Virus record (IMG/VR): IMGVR_UViG_3300027747_001067
Span: 1-51,185 of that record
Direction: 5' to 3' (one strand)
Source: a virus
Lineage: Duplodnaviria > Caudoviricetes
Length of the DNA: 51,185 bases
Shown: positions 36,401-46,344 of the stretch, piece after piece
How positions within the stretch are numbered: the stretch's first letter is position 1
How the letters are laid out: each line of letters begins with the position of its first letter
The notes under the pieces: generated by a model
Seen by the model: the letters and a program-made list of their open reading frames with translations, nothing else
Told to the model about the DNA's origin: nothing
Database searches by the model: none
Made by a program: the position numbers and the translations under genes

Positions 36401-36769
36401 ATGTTCAACTGGCGAGTCCTCAGCTCTGACCTGTGCCGCGAGCATGCAGCCGACGGCAAGGCGCGTATTGCCCTGAACCGCTCTTTCGACTTGGAAACCC
36501 GGTACGACCTACCTATCTTCAACCTCACCCCGCTCCCCCTCGTCGTGGGGGGACCCTACTTGCGTGCAAAGCAGGTACGTGCGTGGTTCTGGGAGGTCAG
36601 GCACCTGAGGGCAATGCACCGCCCATGGTCCATGCTGGTGTCAAACTACGATCCAATTGAGCGGGTATCGACTGTCCACATTGGCACTGTTACACTGCCC
36701 GATGTGGTTGAACGATACGCCAGCATGGTGCGTGGCAAGGTTCACCGCTTTGACCCAATGGTGTTCTAA
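36401..36769 (+). CDS. Hypothetical protein
   Basis: 122 aa ORF filling the gap in the late operon. Confidence 0.65.
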   Translation: MFNWRVLSSDLCREHAADGKARIALNRSFDLETRYDLPIFNLTPLPLVVGGPYLRAKQVRAWFWEVRHLRAMHRPWSMLVSNYDPIERVSTVHIGTVTLPDVVERYASMVRGKVHRFDPMVF

Positions 36770-36771
36770 CT

Positions 36772-37497
36772 ATGACTGCACTTCCATGGCTTCTTGAAAA
36801 CGCTTCTTGGCTCATGCCATTGCTTTTGGCCGGTGGTCTTAGCCCAGGTGAAGATGCAAAGAAGTCCCCGGGTCGTTCTGCTGATGCGCTCAAGAGCCAC
36901 TTTGAAAGTTTGAAGAGCAAGCACAGCGGTGATGAGAAAAAGGCTTTGGAAGAGTTTCTCACCACCCATGGCCCCGATCGAATCAAGGCTGCATACGAAC
37001 ACCGTGCGCCTGCTGCAAAGCCGGGCAAGGGCGCTGCAATTAAGGGCGGTCTTAAAGATGCTTTCCACTACGGCACTACTGGCTTGTTTGCACTGGGCAC
37101 TCTTCCCATACTGATGGACATGTTCCGAAGCGGTGGCAAGGAAGGTGGGGCGGCGGAAATGGAGGGCCTGCTGGGAAGTCCCCCCACGGGTGGGGGTGAC
37201 AGTGCGCTGGAGGAGATGCTGATTCAAGCGATGGATCAGGATCGCCGCGGGCAACTGCGTAGCATGGAAGCTGAGTCTCGAGGCGCAGCCAACATGGCAA
37301 ACCGTCGGGGCTTTAGCTCCACGCCTTCTTCCAATGCAGGATTTGCAGACGACCTGGAATCACTGATTCGTGGACACGAGCGTGAACTGGGAAGCATTGC
37401 ACACCAGGAGCCGCTGAGTCTTGCACAGGCTTTTGCAATGAAGGGTTTGTACCGCCCTGAAGAAACCACTCGCTTCGACTTTAGGAACCTGATGTAA
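36772..37497 (+). CDS. Hypothetical protein with hydrophobic segments (possible ejection protein)
   Basis: 241 aa; hydrophobic N-terminus and internal GLFALGTLPILM. Confidence 0.65.
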   Translation: MTALPWLLENASWLMPLLLAGGLSPGEDAKKSPGRSADALKSHFESLKSKHSGDEKKALEEFLTTHGPDRIKAAYEHRAPAAKPGKGAAIKGGLKDAFHYGTTGLFALGTLPILMDMFRSGGKEGGAAEMEGLLGSPPTGGGDSALEEMLIQAMDQDRRGQLRSMEAESRGAANMANRRGFSSTPSSNAGFADDLESLIRGHERELGSIAHQEPLSLAQAFAMKGLYRPEETTRFDFRNLM

Positions 37498-38543
37498 TGG
37501 CAAAGAAGCCCACCCCACGCAAGAAGTCCACGCCAAAGAAGGACCCCGGCCTTGATAAGGCAGCGGCAGAAGTGCCGCTGGGTGGTCCACTTGCCGGCAT
37601 TCCTAGTCCGCCAGAAACTCCGTCTGCACCTGACATGTCGGGCGAAACGCCTAGTCGTGGTGTAAACCAGCAGAAGCTGCTCGAGAAAATTATCAAGCTG
37701 ATTGACACTCCGGGTCTCTCGCCTGAGAACAAAAAGATTCTTTCAGATGCTGCGTCGTTGGTTCAAAACCATGACATTGAGTCTGAAGGAACCAACATCC
37801 TTGATGAGCTTGATGCGCACTTCAAGGACGGTCTTCCGCCTGAAATGAAGCCCAAAGCTGGGGCTCCTGCAGAAACTGCACCAGAAGAAAAGCCTGCGCC
37901 TAAGCCTCGTGGCGGTAAGCCAAGGGGCGGTTCAAAGCCTGCACCAAAGCCGACTATCAAAGACCTTAAGGAAGCCGAAGAGAAGCCTGCTCCCAAGCCT
38001 GAGCCTAAGCCAGCACCTAAGGAAGAACCTAAGGCGGGGCCAGAGCCAACAAAGCCGACGGAACCTGCAGCTCCTCCGATTGCACCAAAGAAGGCTAAGC
38101 CAAAGGGGGAGTTTAACCCGGAACTGTACGTGGGTCGATACCCCAAGGTCGGCGAGAAGTTGAAGCTCCTGCGGGCTGGCAACATCGGTAAGGTTGGACT
38201 AGGCGCACTGGCTGCTTTAATGCTGGCCCGACAGATGAGGCCAGAACAGGATTCGCGGCCAATTGAAGCGCAAATGGAAGAAGCGCGCACGCAGTCTCGA
38301 TCTGCACGGATTGCCAAGGCAATGGAAGATATGCGTATGCAGCGCTCGATTCAGCAGAACCAGATGCGCCTTGCACAAGCTAACCCCACCCTCTACACTT
38401 CTGTCATGGCTGGGCGACGTGTGCCCACCAACTCCGTAGTGTTGGGGGGACGACCCCGTACGGATCTAATGCGAGAACTAGCGGCGTCTATGGACAGTGG
38501 ACGCTACGCCCAGCAAGACCCACTGTCCGATTTGATGGGATAA
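37497..38543 (+). CDS. Pro/Lys-rich hypothetical protein
   Basis: 348 aa with KPAPKP/EPKP repeats and one hydrophobic helix. Confidence 0.7.
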   Translation: MAKKPTPRKKSTPKKDPGLDKAAAEVPLGGPLAGIPSPPETPSAPDMSGETPSRGVNQQKLLEKIIKLIDTPGLSPENKKILSDAASLVQNHDIESEGTNILDELDAHFKDGLPPEMKPKAGAPAETAPEEKPAPKPRGGKPRGGSKPAPKPTIKDLKEAEEKPAPKPEPKPAPKEEPKAGPEPTKPTEPAAPPIAPKKAKPKGEFNPELYVGRYPKVGEKLKLLRAGNIGKVGLGALAALMLARQMRPEQDSRPIEAQMEEARTQSRSARIAKAMEDMRMQRSIQQNQMRLAQANPTLYTSVMAGRRVPTNSVVLGGRPRTDLMRELAASMDSGRYAQQDPLSDLMG

Positions 38544-38547
38544 ACAA

Positions 38548-39288
38548 ATGCCTGGACAAAACCCCGTTGTCGCCGAACACTACAAGGATCAGTTTCAAAC
38601 GATCTCTTTCCCTATTCACGGCAGCACCATTACCCGTGGTGCAATTACTCCGCTGCTCTACGTTGAGAAGCGTCAGATCGTGGTTGACGACGTGCGTCTG
38701 ATTACCCGAGTTGGTGTTGACAGCCTGACTATTGATGTTGGTTTTACCCGTGGCGCAGCTCCAGTTGGTGGCTGGACCGGCACTTACAGTTGCTCGGCTG
38801 CAAATGGTACAACGGTTACTATTGATAGCACTACTAGTGGGTTCCTGACCGTTGGTGACCGACTTGCTACTGTTGCTGGTGCTGCTCTTACCAACATCCC
38901 TGTTGGCGCATACATCCAGTCGTTTGGCACCTACACGGCTGCAGCCGGTACTGGTACTGTCATCATCAGCGATGCTGCTACTAACACTAGCTCTGGTGCA
39001 ACTGGTAATGCGATTGATTTCAACTCGGTGCTTACCGCCCCAATGGCTGCTGCTACGGCAAATGCCAACACCATTGTGGTGGGTGCAATCAACAGCAACC
39101 AGAGCACAGTGCCGACCACGGCTCCCAATAGTTACGCTGTAACGACCCCCAACAACATCGTGCCGGGTCCGGTTACTGTTGGCTCAACGACGACTCTTGG
39201 TGGCGTGCTCAGCATCGAAGCCCGTGGTGCCGCAACTACCAACTACATTGGTACTCTTCAGATCCGTTACCGCGAGCGTCAGGCCTAA
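38548..39288 (+). CDS. Putative virion decoration/fibre protein
   Basis: 246 aa, T/A/G-rich, beta-type; TNIPVGAYIQSF...VIISDAAT motif. Confidence 0.6.
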   Translation: MPGQNPVVAEHYKDQFQTISFPIHGSTITRGAITPLLYVEKRQIVVDDVRLITRVGVDSLTIDVGFTRGAAPVGGWTGTYSCSAANGTTVTIDSTTSGFLTVGDRLATVAGAALTNIPVGAYIQSFGTYTAAAGTGTVIISDAATNTSSGATGNAIDFNSVLTAPMAAATANANTIVVGAINSNQSTVPTTAPNSYAVTTPNNIVPGPVTVGSTTTLGGVLSIEARGAATTNYIGTLQIRYRERQA

Positions 39289-39291
39289 GCC

Positions 39292-39339
39292 ATGAAGAAG
39301 AAAGGCCCCAAGAAGGGCGGTTGCGGTTGCGGCCGCTGA
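39292..39339 (+). CDS. Candidate 15-aa basic micro-protein
   Basis: MKKKGPKKGGCGCGR; TAAGCCATG context shared with other late genes. Confidence 0.4.
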   Translation: MKKKGPKKGGCGCGR

Positions 39340-39358
39340 GGTAAGATCCCCCGGAACG

Positions 39359-39394
39359 GGCCCCGGATGACGCGAAAGCTCTCCGGGGCCTTTT
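39359..39394 (+). terminator. Intrinsic terminator
   Basis: GGCCCCGGA...GCGAAAGC...TCCGGGGCC followed by TTTT. Confidence 0.7.
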
Positions 39395-39397
39395 CAT

Positions 39398-42300
39398 ATG
39401 ATCCAGAACCAGATCAAAACAGATGAAGAAGGTTTCCCAGATTGGGAGCCTGTTTCATTTTATGACGCCCCCGCCACGATCATTACGCAGATCTACGACG
39501 GCGAGGGATCTCTGGGTCGTGCAGCCCGCACGCTTCTTGACCAGTCCTCGCTCAGTCCCAAGGAGCGTGACTCCTACGTCCAGCGCATCAAGAAGTCCCA
39601 TGGTGGCAATCCGGTCCTTGATACTGTTATTGATATTGCCATGAACCCGCTGACGTGGTTGCTTGTTCTTACCAACCCAGTCACTGCAAAACAGTTCCGT
39701 AATGCCAAAGGCAAAATGTTGGGTGGCGTTTCAGAGATGGGCAAGGTTGGTCGCAAGATTGTGGACGCCCTGCGCGGTGTGCATGCCCTTGGATCTGCGT
39801 TCATGAACGAACACGCAGTCACGTCGCAGGCAATCAACCACTTAGCATCCCGTCAGCAGCAGATCATGGAAACGCTGCAGGAACTGGGGGGTAAGTCGCG
39901 TGGCAAAATGCTTCAGAATCTCACGGAGACCTTGGGCGAAGAGGTGTGGGACTTTGACCACACCCGTTACTCAGGAGAGAAGAAGCGCAAGATCTCCCTG
40001 CTAAACAAGATGCTGGCCGTGGATACCGGCGGGTTCTTCCGAGATGATGCGTTGATGAAGCACCAGCTGGCGGACCTGCCACGCATTGCCGTGGTGTCCG
40101 GCCCAGAAGGCGAGTACGCCCGCATTCTCCCACCACTACCAAAAGGAGAAGGTGAACGGGTTTACATCAAGGGTGCCAAGCTAACACTTGATGGCCAGTT
40201 GCACACGCTGGTTGATCGTCCGCTTGTTGTCAACAGCGAAGAGACTTACGCCCAAGGCAAGCGTCTGCTGGGACGCGACTTTGATTACTTGACGGTAGAG
40301 GAAGTTCCGATCTTGAACTCGTCCCGTCTTCCCATTACCCGCGAAGAGGGCATGAAGCTTCTTGCGGACGAGGGCTTTGACGTGGCTACGGTCAAGGAGT
40401 ACATGGGCGCTGTACGGAAGCAGCAGCGGCACCTGGCTGCTCTTGGCCTTGGACCTACGGTTGCAGGCACTCCTCTTTCTACAGAGGGCTACTTCAACGT
40501 GGACCCGAACAAGGTGCTGCATTCAATCCAGTATTTCAAGGAAGAGCAGGGATTCCGAAATAATTTCAGTGCTGCTGAACAGGAAGCGTTCCATGACATG
40601 GTGGGCACCCTGACGGAAAACATCCTTCCTGACTGGGTTGAGGCGGCTGTTGCCAAGAACACCATTACCAAGACTCGAGTCAATGATCTGATCAAGCGGT
40701 TGTACGAGCCGCAGTTGAACAACCCCCATTACTACCCCCGTAGTCTGGCCAACCAGTGGATGCGAGACCAGAACTTGGCAATGCGTGTGGAACCATACGA
40801 CGTGGCCCGTATGAACACCCGTAACCCAGAGGACAACCTGAAGGTCCGCTCTGCTGCACTGCTGCGTGAACGGCCCGACGTGATGCTGGACCATGGAGAC
40901 TTGGCTGAGTTGCGTGAGATGTTTGGTGACCGGCTGACCGACAAGCAGCACATGATGTGGGACAACCTGATCGAGCGCACCGACAATTTTGTCGCTGAGC
41001 AGATCAGCAAGAACAAGGTGGCTTCCACTCTGCCGTTGGACTTTGAACGGGCCGGCCGTGCGTACGAACAGAAGATGATTGGTCAAGCCATGATGTATGG
41101 CGATGACGTACCAGAACACCTGCTCCAGTCGCTGGAAGAAGTCAAGAAGATTCCTACTCGTGTAGCTAATGAGGAAGACCGCACAAAACTTCCACTCGGT
41201 ACCCCCACAAAGTACCGAGCACAGACACTCAAGAACTTGGGCATCACCGAGAAGACCATGGAAAGCATCTCGTTTGGTGATGCTTCCTACCCCACGCGTT
41301 TGAAGTACAGCTACGCGGCCCGTCAGTGGCGTGAGGAATTGGATCTTGTCTACGGGCAAATGCACAAGACAACCGACCCATTGAAGTTGGAAACTCTTGA
41401 GCGGCGTCGCAAGGCAATCAGCGAGGAACTGGACTTCATCTCCCAGTACCGCATGCCATTCGCTTCCACCCAACAGCCCCGTTCAATGGGTGAGTTCCTA
41501 CGTGTGCTGATGCCACGTGAGAACAAGGAAACCCGGGAACTGGTGGACGGTTTCATCCTACCCCGACTGTTTGGTGGGGCCCAAGGCAAGCACGCTGTAG
41601 CCATGACTGCATTGCAGGCATCGCGTGCCACCATGCAGAAGTTTGTGAACAGTTCGCTGGGCAAGATGCTCCGCGATAGTGGGGGGACACTGGGTCGTAA
41701 TATGTTTGAGGGGGCTCAGGCTTTTGCGGAACGACCTGTCTACATTCAGGACGCAGCCAACTTAAGCCGTAACGCTGCCGGTTACCTGTACTCAACGCAC
41801 TTGTCATCCATCATGACGGGCATGTACAACGCATTCCAGCCGTTTACCTGGGGTGCTGCTTGGGTGGGCGTGCCGGAGGTGATGAAGGCGTACCCCAAGG
41901 TGCTGAAGCAGATGGCGAATTACGAGCGTGAGCGCGTTCGATACGGCATCATCATGGACCCGCAACAGAAACGCGATTTGTTCCGCAAGCACGTCCCGCT
42001 GGCCAATTACCATGGCCGTGATTTGACCATGCTCAATGAAGACTTCCTGTCCACACTAGACAGTGCGATCTTCTCGGGTCGCGTGCAGCGCAAGTCGGGC
42101 ATGCTGAAAACTATCTTCATGGACATGCCACTGAAGTTCTTCCAGAAGATTGAAACAATGAACCGCATCGTCATGGCAGAAGCGGGCTTGTCGTTCTACG
42201 AGAAGCAGCTGGCAGCCAACGGCATGCGTATGGCTCCCATGGAGATTGCAGACAACGTGCAGACGTTGCAGTCCATGGCCAACTTTGCACCCCAGGCCAC

Positions 42301-43333
42301 AACCAAACCTCGAATCCTTTCCGACCCTAACACGGGCGCAGGATTCTTGGCTAACCCAACCATGGGCATGTTGCTGCAGTACCCCCTTCGCTTTGCAACA
42401 AACATCGCCACCTCAGGAATGGTGTTCGGAGGCAAGCGCAGCATCGGCTTGCAGAAGTTCGGCGGACCCGAGTTGTTTGAAGTGCCTGCTCAGGTTGCCG
42501 ACATTGGTCGCGTGCTGGGCATCAGTGCAATCATGTATGAGGTGGGCAAGAACCTCATGGGTCTTGACCTCTCTCCCGGCTTGGGCGCTCAGTCAGCGAT
42601 GGGTCTTGCAGATACTGCCACTCGCGGATGGTTGCCGGTACCTGTGGACATTGCAGTCAACTTGACCAAGGGTCTGCTGGATGACGATAAGGACTCAATG
42701 CGTCGTCAGGTGTTCCGTCTGTTGCCTGCTGGTATCCCACTGTCAAAGGCGTTGGGTGCACTGCCGTCCATGGACAACACTCCAGTGGGCATGCTGCAGT
42801 CGCAGTACGCCGACTGGAAGAACCCTAACCAACAGGGCCTGATTCCCGTCTACAAGGACGACGGAACGCTGCAGTCGTTTGAGTCCCCGCTGGCACTAGT
42901 ACTCAAGGGCGTGGGCTTTGACCCGCGCAAGTACCAGTCCCCCCAAGAGGCGACCAAGTTCCTGCTGTCCAACCGCCAGCAGATTGTGGACATGAAGCGT
43001 CAGTACAAGGACGCGGTGCTAGGTAACAATATGGCCCAGGCATCCAAGATCGAAGAGGAATACAAGACGCGGTTTGGCGTAAGCATGACGGTCAAGCCAG
43101 ACGAGTGGGACTCTGCCATCAAGTTGCGCGAAGTGTCGGTCAGCGAGCGCATGGTGGACTCGATGCCAGCTGATGTGCGTGGTGTCTACCAGCAATCGCT
43201 AGGGGGGCCAATGGGACAGGCCATGGGCTTGCCAGATGGCGGGCTTTACATGGGGGATGCTGCCAAGCAGCGTGACGCTATCCGTCAGTTCTCGTCTGGA
43301 TTATCCAATCCGTCATCCGACGAAGGCAGCTGA
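39398..43333 (+). CDS. Large putative internal virion/ejection protein
   Basis: 1311 aa, last late gene; helical C-terminal half resembles podovirus large ejection proteins; no catalytic motif recognised. Confidence 0.7.
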   Translation: MIQNQIKTDEEGFPDWEPVSFYDAPATIITQIYDGEGSLGRAARTLLDQSSLSPKERDSYVQRIKKSHGGNPVLDTVIDIAMNPLTWLLVLTNPVTAKQFRNAKGKMLGGVSEMGKVGRKIVDALRGVHALGSAFMNEHAVTSQAINHLASRQQQIMETLQELGGKSRGKMLQNLTETLGEEVWDFDHTRYSGEKKRKISLLNKMLAVDTGGFFRDDALMKHQLADLPRIAVVSGPEGEYARILPPLPKGEGERVYIKGAKLTLDGQLHTLVDRPLVVNSEETYAQGKRLLGRDFDYLTVEEVPILNSSRLPITREEGMKLLADEGFDVATVKEYMGAVRKQQRHLAALGLGPTVAGTPLSTEGYFNVDPNKVLHSIQYFKEEQGFRNNFSAAEQEAFHDMVGTLTENILPDWVEAAVAKNTITKTRVNDLIKRLYEPQLNNPHYYPRSLANQWMRDQNLAMRVEPYDVARMNTRNPEDNLKVRSAALLRERPDVMLDHGDLAELREMFGDRLTDKQHMMWDNLIERTDNFVAEQISKNKVASTLPLDFERAGRAYEQKMIGQAMMYGDDVPEHLLQSLEEVKKIPTRVANEEDRTKLPLGTPTKYRAQTLKNLGITEKTMESISFGDASYPTRLKYSYAARQWREELDLVYGQMHKTTDPLKLETLERRRKAISEELDFISQYRMPFASTQQPRSMGEFLRVLMPRENKETRELVDGFILPRLFGGAQGKHAVAMTALQASRATMQKFVNSSLGKMLRDSGGTLGRNMFEGAQAFAERPVYIQDAANLSRNAAGYLYSTHLSSIMTGMYNAFQPFTWGAAWVGVPEVMKAYPKVLKQMANYERERVRYGIIMDPQQKRDLFRKHVPLANYHGRDLTMLNEDFLSTLDSAIFSGRVQRKSGMLKTIFMDMPLKFFQKIETMNRIVMAEAGLSFYEKQLAANGMRMAPMEIADNVQTLQSMANFAPQATTKPRILSDPNTGAGFLANPTMGMLLQYPLRFATNIATSGMVFGGKRSIGLQKFGGPELFEVPAQVADIGRVLGISAIMYEVGKNLMGLDLSPGLGAQSAMGLADTATRGWLPVPVDIAVNLTKGLLDDDKDSMRRQVFRLLPAGIPLSKALGALPSMDNTPVGMLQSQYADWKNPNQQGLIPVYKDDGTLQSFESPLALVLKGVGFDPRKYQSPQEATKFLLSNRQQIVDMKRQYKDAVLGNNMAQASKIEEEYKTRFGVSMTVKPDEWDSAIKLREVSVSERMVDSMPADVRGVYQQSLGGPMGQAMGLPDGGLYMGDAAKQRDAIRQFSSGLSNPSSDEGS

Positions 43334-43728
43334 TGGTTGTCCCACTTACCCATGGTGTAAGCCACAACTTCTTCTGCGGTAAGCCGTTCCATCCAGTGCA
43401 TAAACGATGAGCCACGGTCTGGCTCGTCGGGCTGTTCTTCCCGCCACCTGCGATACAGCATGAACGTGGCTGAGATGACCAACCCTGCCTCTTCTACGCG
43501 CATGGTGTGCACGGCCTCGAGCACACGAATGCGCTCTGAGAACCGATTGACCATCCGCTCGAGCATGTCGGCGTGAGCTTGCAGCTCGCCCTTCTTTTCA
43601 GATGGACGGGCTGGGGTCCGAGGACCTCCATTGACCCTATGCCGGTAGCCACGCATTGCCTTAGAGTCTAACGGCTGGATAACGGTCTGCGAGATGGGGC
43701 TGTTGATTTCGATGTTGATTTGGGTCAT
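43285..43728 (-). CDS. Hypothetical protein
   Basis: ATG at 43728 with ATGA overlap; converges on the large late gene with 49 nt overlap. Confidence 0.65.
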   Translation of the reverse strand: MTQINIEINSPISQTVIQPLDSKAMRGYRHRVNGGPRTPARPSEKKGELQAHADMLERMVNRFSERIRVLEAVHTMRVEEAGLVISATFMLYRRWREEQPDEPDRGSSFMHWMERLTAEEVVAYTMGKWDNHQLPSSDDGLDNPDEN

Positions 43729-44339
43729 ATACGATACCAAAACTGGAACTTGGTCCCGTCGTCTGTAGCCCTCGCGGACCACCTGACGGCTCGGGGGGTG
43801 AGCCTTTGACCCGACCCAAGGATGCCGTCCATGGCATCCCGGATCGGGCCAGGTACTTGGAAGGTAGCGACTCGCCAGCTACCACCTTCCAAGAATGCTG
43901 TGAAGTCTAGGCTGTCCGCCAGCCGCACCACGTTGCCCCGTACGGGCTCCGACTTATCCAGCCACCCTTCTAACGTCTCCTTGGAGGGGGCTCCGTGGAG
44001 GGCCGCCCAGGACGCCAGGAGCCATCGGGTGTGTCCCCCCAGCGGATGGGGGGTCTCCCACAGGTCGAGGGCACAGCGGCTGCGGTAGAGCCCGCGGCGG
44101 GGGGACAGGGTGATGGGGGGCAGGGGGCAGGCTTTGGAACCCCGAATGGTGGTCCAGAACCGGACGGATCTAGGGTTCTTGGCGTCAGGGCGGATGTGTT
44201 GAATGTGGGCCATGCCGTTTCCAGCATGGACCCACTTGCAAAAGGAAGCCCCCTGGACACCGGTCAGGTAATCCAGGGGGCGATCGTGGGGGGACGATTG
44301 TTCGCCATGGTAGTGACTGCTTCCCACAGGGCAAGTCAT
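43725..44339 (-). CDS. Hypothetical protein
   Basis: 204 aa ORF directly after the SSB-like gene. Confidence 0.6.
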   Translation of the reverse strand: MTCPVGSSHYHGEQSSPHDRPLDYLTGVQGASFCKWVHAGNGMAHIQHIRPDAKNPRSVRFWTTIRGSKACPLPPITLSPRRGLYRSRCALDLWETPHPLGGHTRWLLASWAALHGAPSKETLEGWLDKSEPVRGNVVRLADSLDFTAFLEGGSWRVATFQVPGPIRDAMDGILGSGQRLTPRAVRWSARATDDGTKFQFWYRI

Positions 44340-44349
44340 GGCGTTGGAA

Positions 44350-44874
44350 TCAAGACAGCGACAGCGGGGCGACCAAGAACTCCTTGAAGTACTTGGTGCC
44401 GGGCTTGGCCTTGCTCTCGTCGTAACGCGCGCGGAGCTTGACCGGAATCACGTTGCCGTTGTTGATGCGCTCCTGCACGGTCTGCATAGCCATCTGCAGA
44501 TTCTCAGGACGACGGCCGATCAGGGTGGTGAGGTGACCCTTGATGCGCTCCAGTTCGATGCGAGCGCGGGTCTTGGCACCCTCGTCGGTCAACTGGGTGG
44601 GGTCAGCGGGCATCTGGAAGCGGGCACCCGTAAAGCTGCGAGGCTCGGGGCTGCCCGGATCTTCGACCATCTGGTACTGAAACGTGATGTCGATGGACGG
44701 GAACAACTGGCCGTCCTTCTGCTTGAACTCTCCTTCCTCGATGGTCATGCCCGTGACGAGCACGGCGTGGTCACCGGCATCGGGACGCCAGCCTGCGCCG
44801 GAGCCCTCGGTGTTGGCCTCGACCGAGGCGAAGGAGTTGTTGTACGCAGCGAACATGGTGGACTTGATAGTCAT
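44350..44874 (-). CDS. Putative ssDNA-binding protein
   Basis: 174 aa OB-like pattern (WRPDAGDHAVLVTGMTIEEG...IPVKLRARYDES...KYFKEF), downstream of the Sak4-like ATPase. Confidence 0.6.
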   Translation of the reverse strand: MTIKSTMFAAYNNSFASVEANTEGSGAGWRPDAGDHAVLVTGMTIEEGEFKQKDGQLFPSIDITFQYQMVEDPGSPEPRSFTGARFQMPADPTQLTDEGAKTRARIELERIKGHLTTLIGRRPENLQMAMQTVQERINNGNVIPVKLRARYDESKAKPGTKYFKEFLVAPLSLS

Positions 44875-44983
44875 GACAGTAAACCTTTCGTGAAAGGAGA
44901 TGAAAATGGAAATGAGACACGGAACGAAATCAACGAAACAATCAACACGTTATACGGACTTGTCGATTGAGTAATCGGGAGGC

Positions 44984-45014
44984 GGGGGTGGGACACCGTC
45001 GAGGGCCCACCCCC
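44984..45014. promoter_or_regulatory. Intergenic stem-loop upstream of the SSB-like gene
   Basis: GGGGGTGGG / CCCACCCCC inverted repeat. Confidence 0.55.
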
Positions 45015-45028
45015 AGCCCTTCCGGGGG

Positions 45029-45934
45029 TCAGGGAGTGTTGGCGGTCTTGTAGGCTTCTTCGAACAAGCCCCAAGGGTCAACTGCACTGGTCACGTCGAT
45101 GTCCTGCATCGGCTTGAGAGTGCGAGTACGGATGAGTCGCAGGTAGCGCGGGTCACGGAACGAGATGGTACGCGTGATCGTCTGCTTGGTAACAGTACGG
45201 TTCTGCGTAACCTGCTTCCCGGCCACGGTAACAACTGTTGGTTCCACGGTGGAGACTTCGCGCACTTCCGAGCGCATGGGTGCAATGATCTCTACCACCT
45301 TGGACAGTCGCTCCCGCAGGCCGGGAGGCAGGGACAGGTAGTGCTCCTCTACCTTGGATCCTTCGCCGATCTCCACCCAGTCGCGGGACAGGTGGGCGAG
45401 CAGCCAAACGCCGTAACCATGTGAGCGCAGACGGTGAGCCACATCAATCACCGTGTCGTACAGACGCTCCCACGCTGCAGGACCGTGTGCCTGCTCAAAG
45501 AGTTCCTTGCCCATCTGCCGTGCAACCCACGGCTTGAGCAGACGGATCATCGGGATCATGGTGTCAATGACGACCATTGAGGGGCGCTCGTCTCCGTTCT
45601 TAGCCATATCACATAACTGCTTGATCTTGGCTTCGACGTGGTCCCAGGTAATGATGAGCGGCTTTCCGTCGACGTCCATTGGACGACCATCAAGACCAAT
45701 GCCGGGCCACACTGCACACTTGGCGTGGGGGGACACGGTGCTGGACAGATCGAGGTTGATGACAAAGGCGTCGGGGCAGGACTGGAACAAGTAGGACTTG
45801 CCAGAGTTTTGCTCACCCACGACCATGCCGAAAAGATTACGGAGCGAATAGAGACCAGGTCCACCCTGGAATCCTAGCCCCTTATATGCCCGAACGGGGC
45901 CATTGCCTGCTGCTGTTGTCTGATGAATGCTCAT
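45029..45934 (-). CDS. Sak4/AAA_24-like P-loop ATPase (recombination)
   Basis: Walker A GEQNSGKS, VINLD, Walker B VVIDT, WLLAH; between exonuclease and SSB. Confidence 0.75.
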   Translation of the reverse strand: MSIHQTTAAGNGPVRAYKGLGFQGGPGLYSLRNLFGMVVGEQNSGKSYLFQSCPDAFVINLDLSSTVSPHAKCAVWPGIGLDGRPMDVDGKPLIITWDHVEAKIKQLCDMAKNGDERPSMVVIDTMIPMIRLLKPWVARQMGKELFEQAHGPAAWERLYDTVIDVAHRLRSHGYGVWLLAHLSRDWVEIGEGSKVEEHYLSLPPGLRERLSKVVEIIAPMRSEVREVSTVEPTVVTVAGKQVTQNRTVTKQTITRTISFRDPRYLRLIRTRTLKPMQDIDVTSAVDPWGLFEEAYKTANTP

Positions 45935-46344
45935 TGGAATTCTCCTGATTGACGTGCGAGTTCACCGAAGGCGTCACCGAATCCCCGCGACGGGCGGAAA
46001 TCAAAAGTTTTTTCGTTGTCAAACTTGACATCCTCCTCCCCCGCATCCGGGCGGGGGCCGGCCCCCCCGCCCGGGGCGGGGACTGGACTCAAACCTTCAA
46101 TATGAACTGTCTTGCGGAACGAGATGCCTAGTGCTTCCAACCACGTGCTGAACGTGGAGAAAGACACCGTGCTTCCGGTTGCCTTCTTGAATGCTGCGTG
46201 CAGCGTGGACTTGTTGGTGATCTCAGTCTCGCTGCGAAGCAGGCCCGCAAGGTAGGGGCGCACAACTTCGGTGAGAATCTGAGTCATCAAACTTCCAAAC
46301 TCGCTGCGTTGCAGCTTGCCTTCTGGGTAGGGATCACTGGACAT
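45931..46344 (-). CDS. Hypothetical protein, possible HTH/winged helix
   Basis: AAGGAG before ATG at 46344; LHAAFKKATGSTVSFSTFSTWLEALGISF. Confidence 0.65.
   Translation of the reverse strand: MSSDPYPEGKLQRSEFGSLMTQILTEVVRPYLAGLLRSETEITNKSTLHAAFKKATGSTVSFSTFSTWLEALGISFRKTVHIEGLSPVPAPGGGAGPRPDAGEEDVKFDNEKTFDFRPSRGFGDAFGELARQSGEFQ

Noticed and set aside
37880-38110. Imperfect AAGCCT-type DNA repeats
   Set aside because: Explained by the KPAPKP/EPKP low-complexity linker in the protein.
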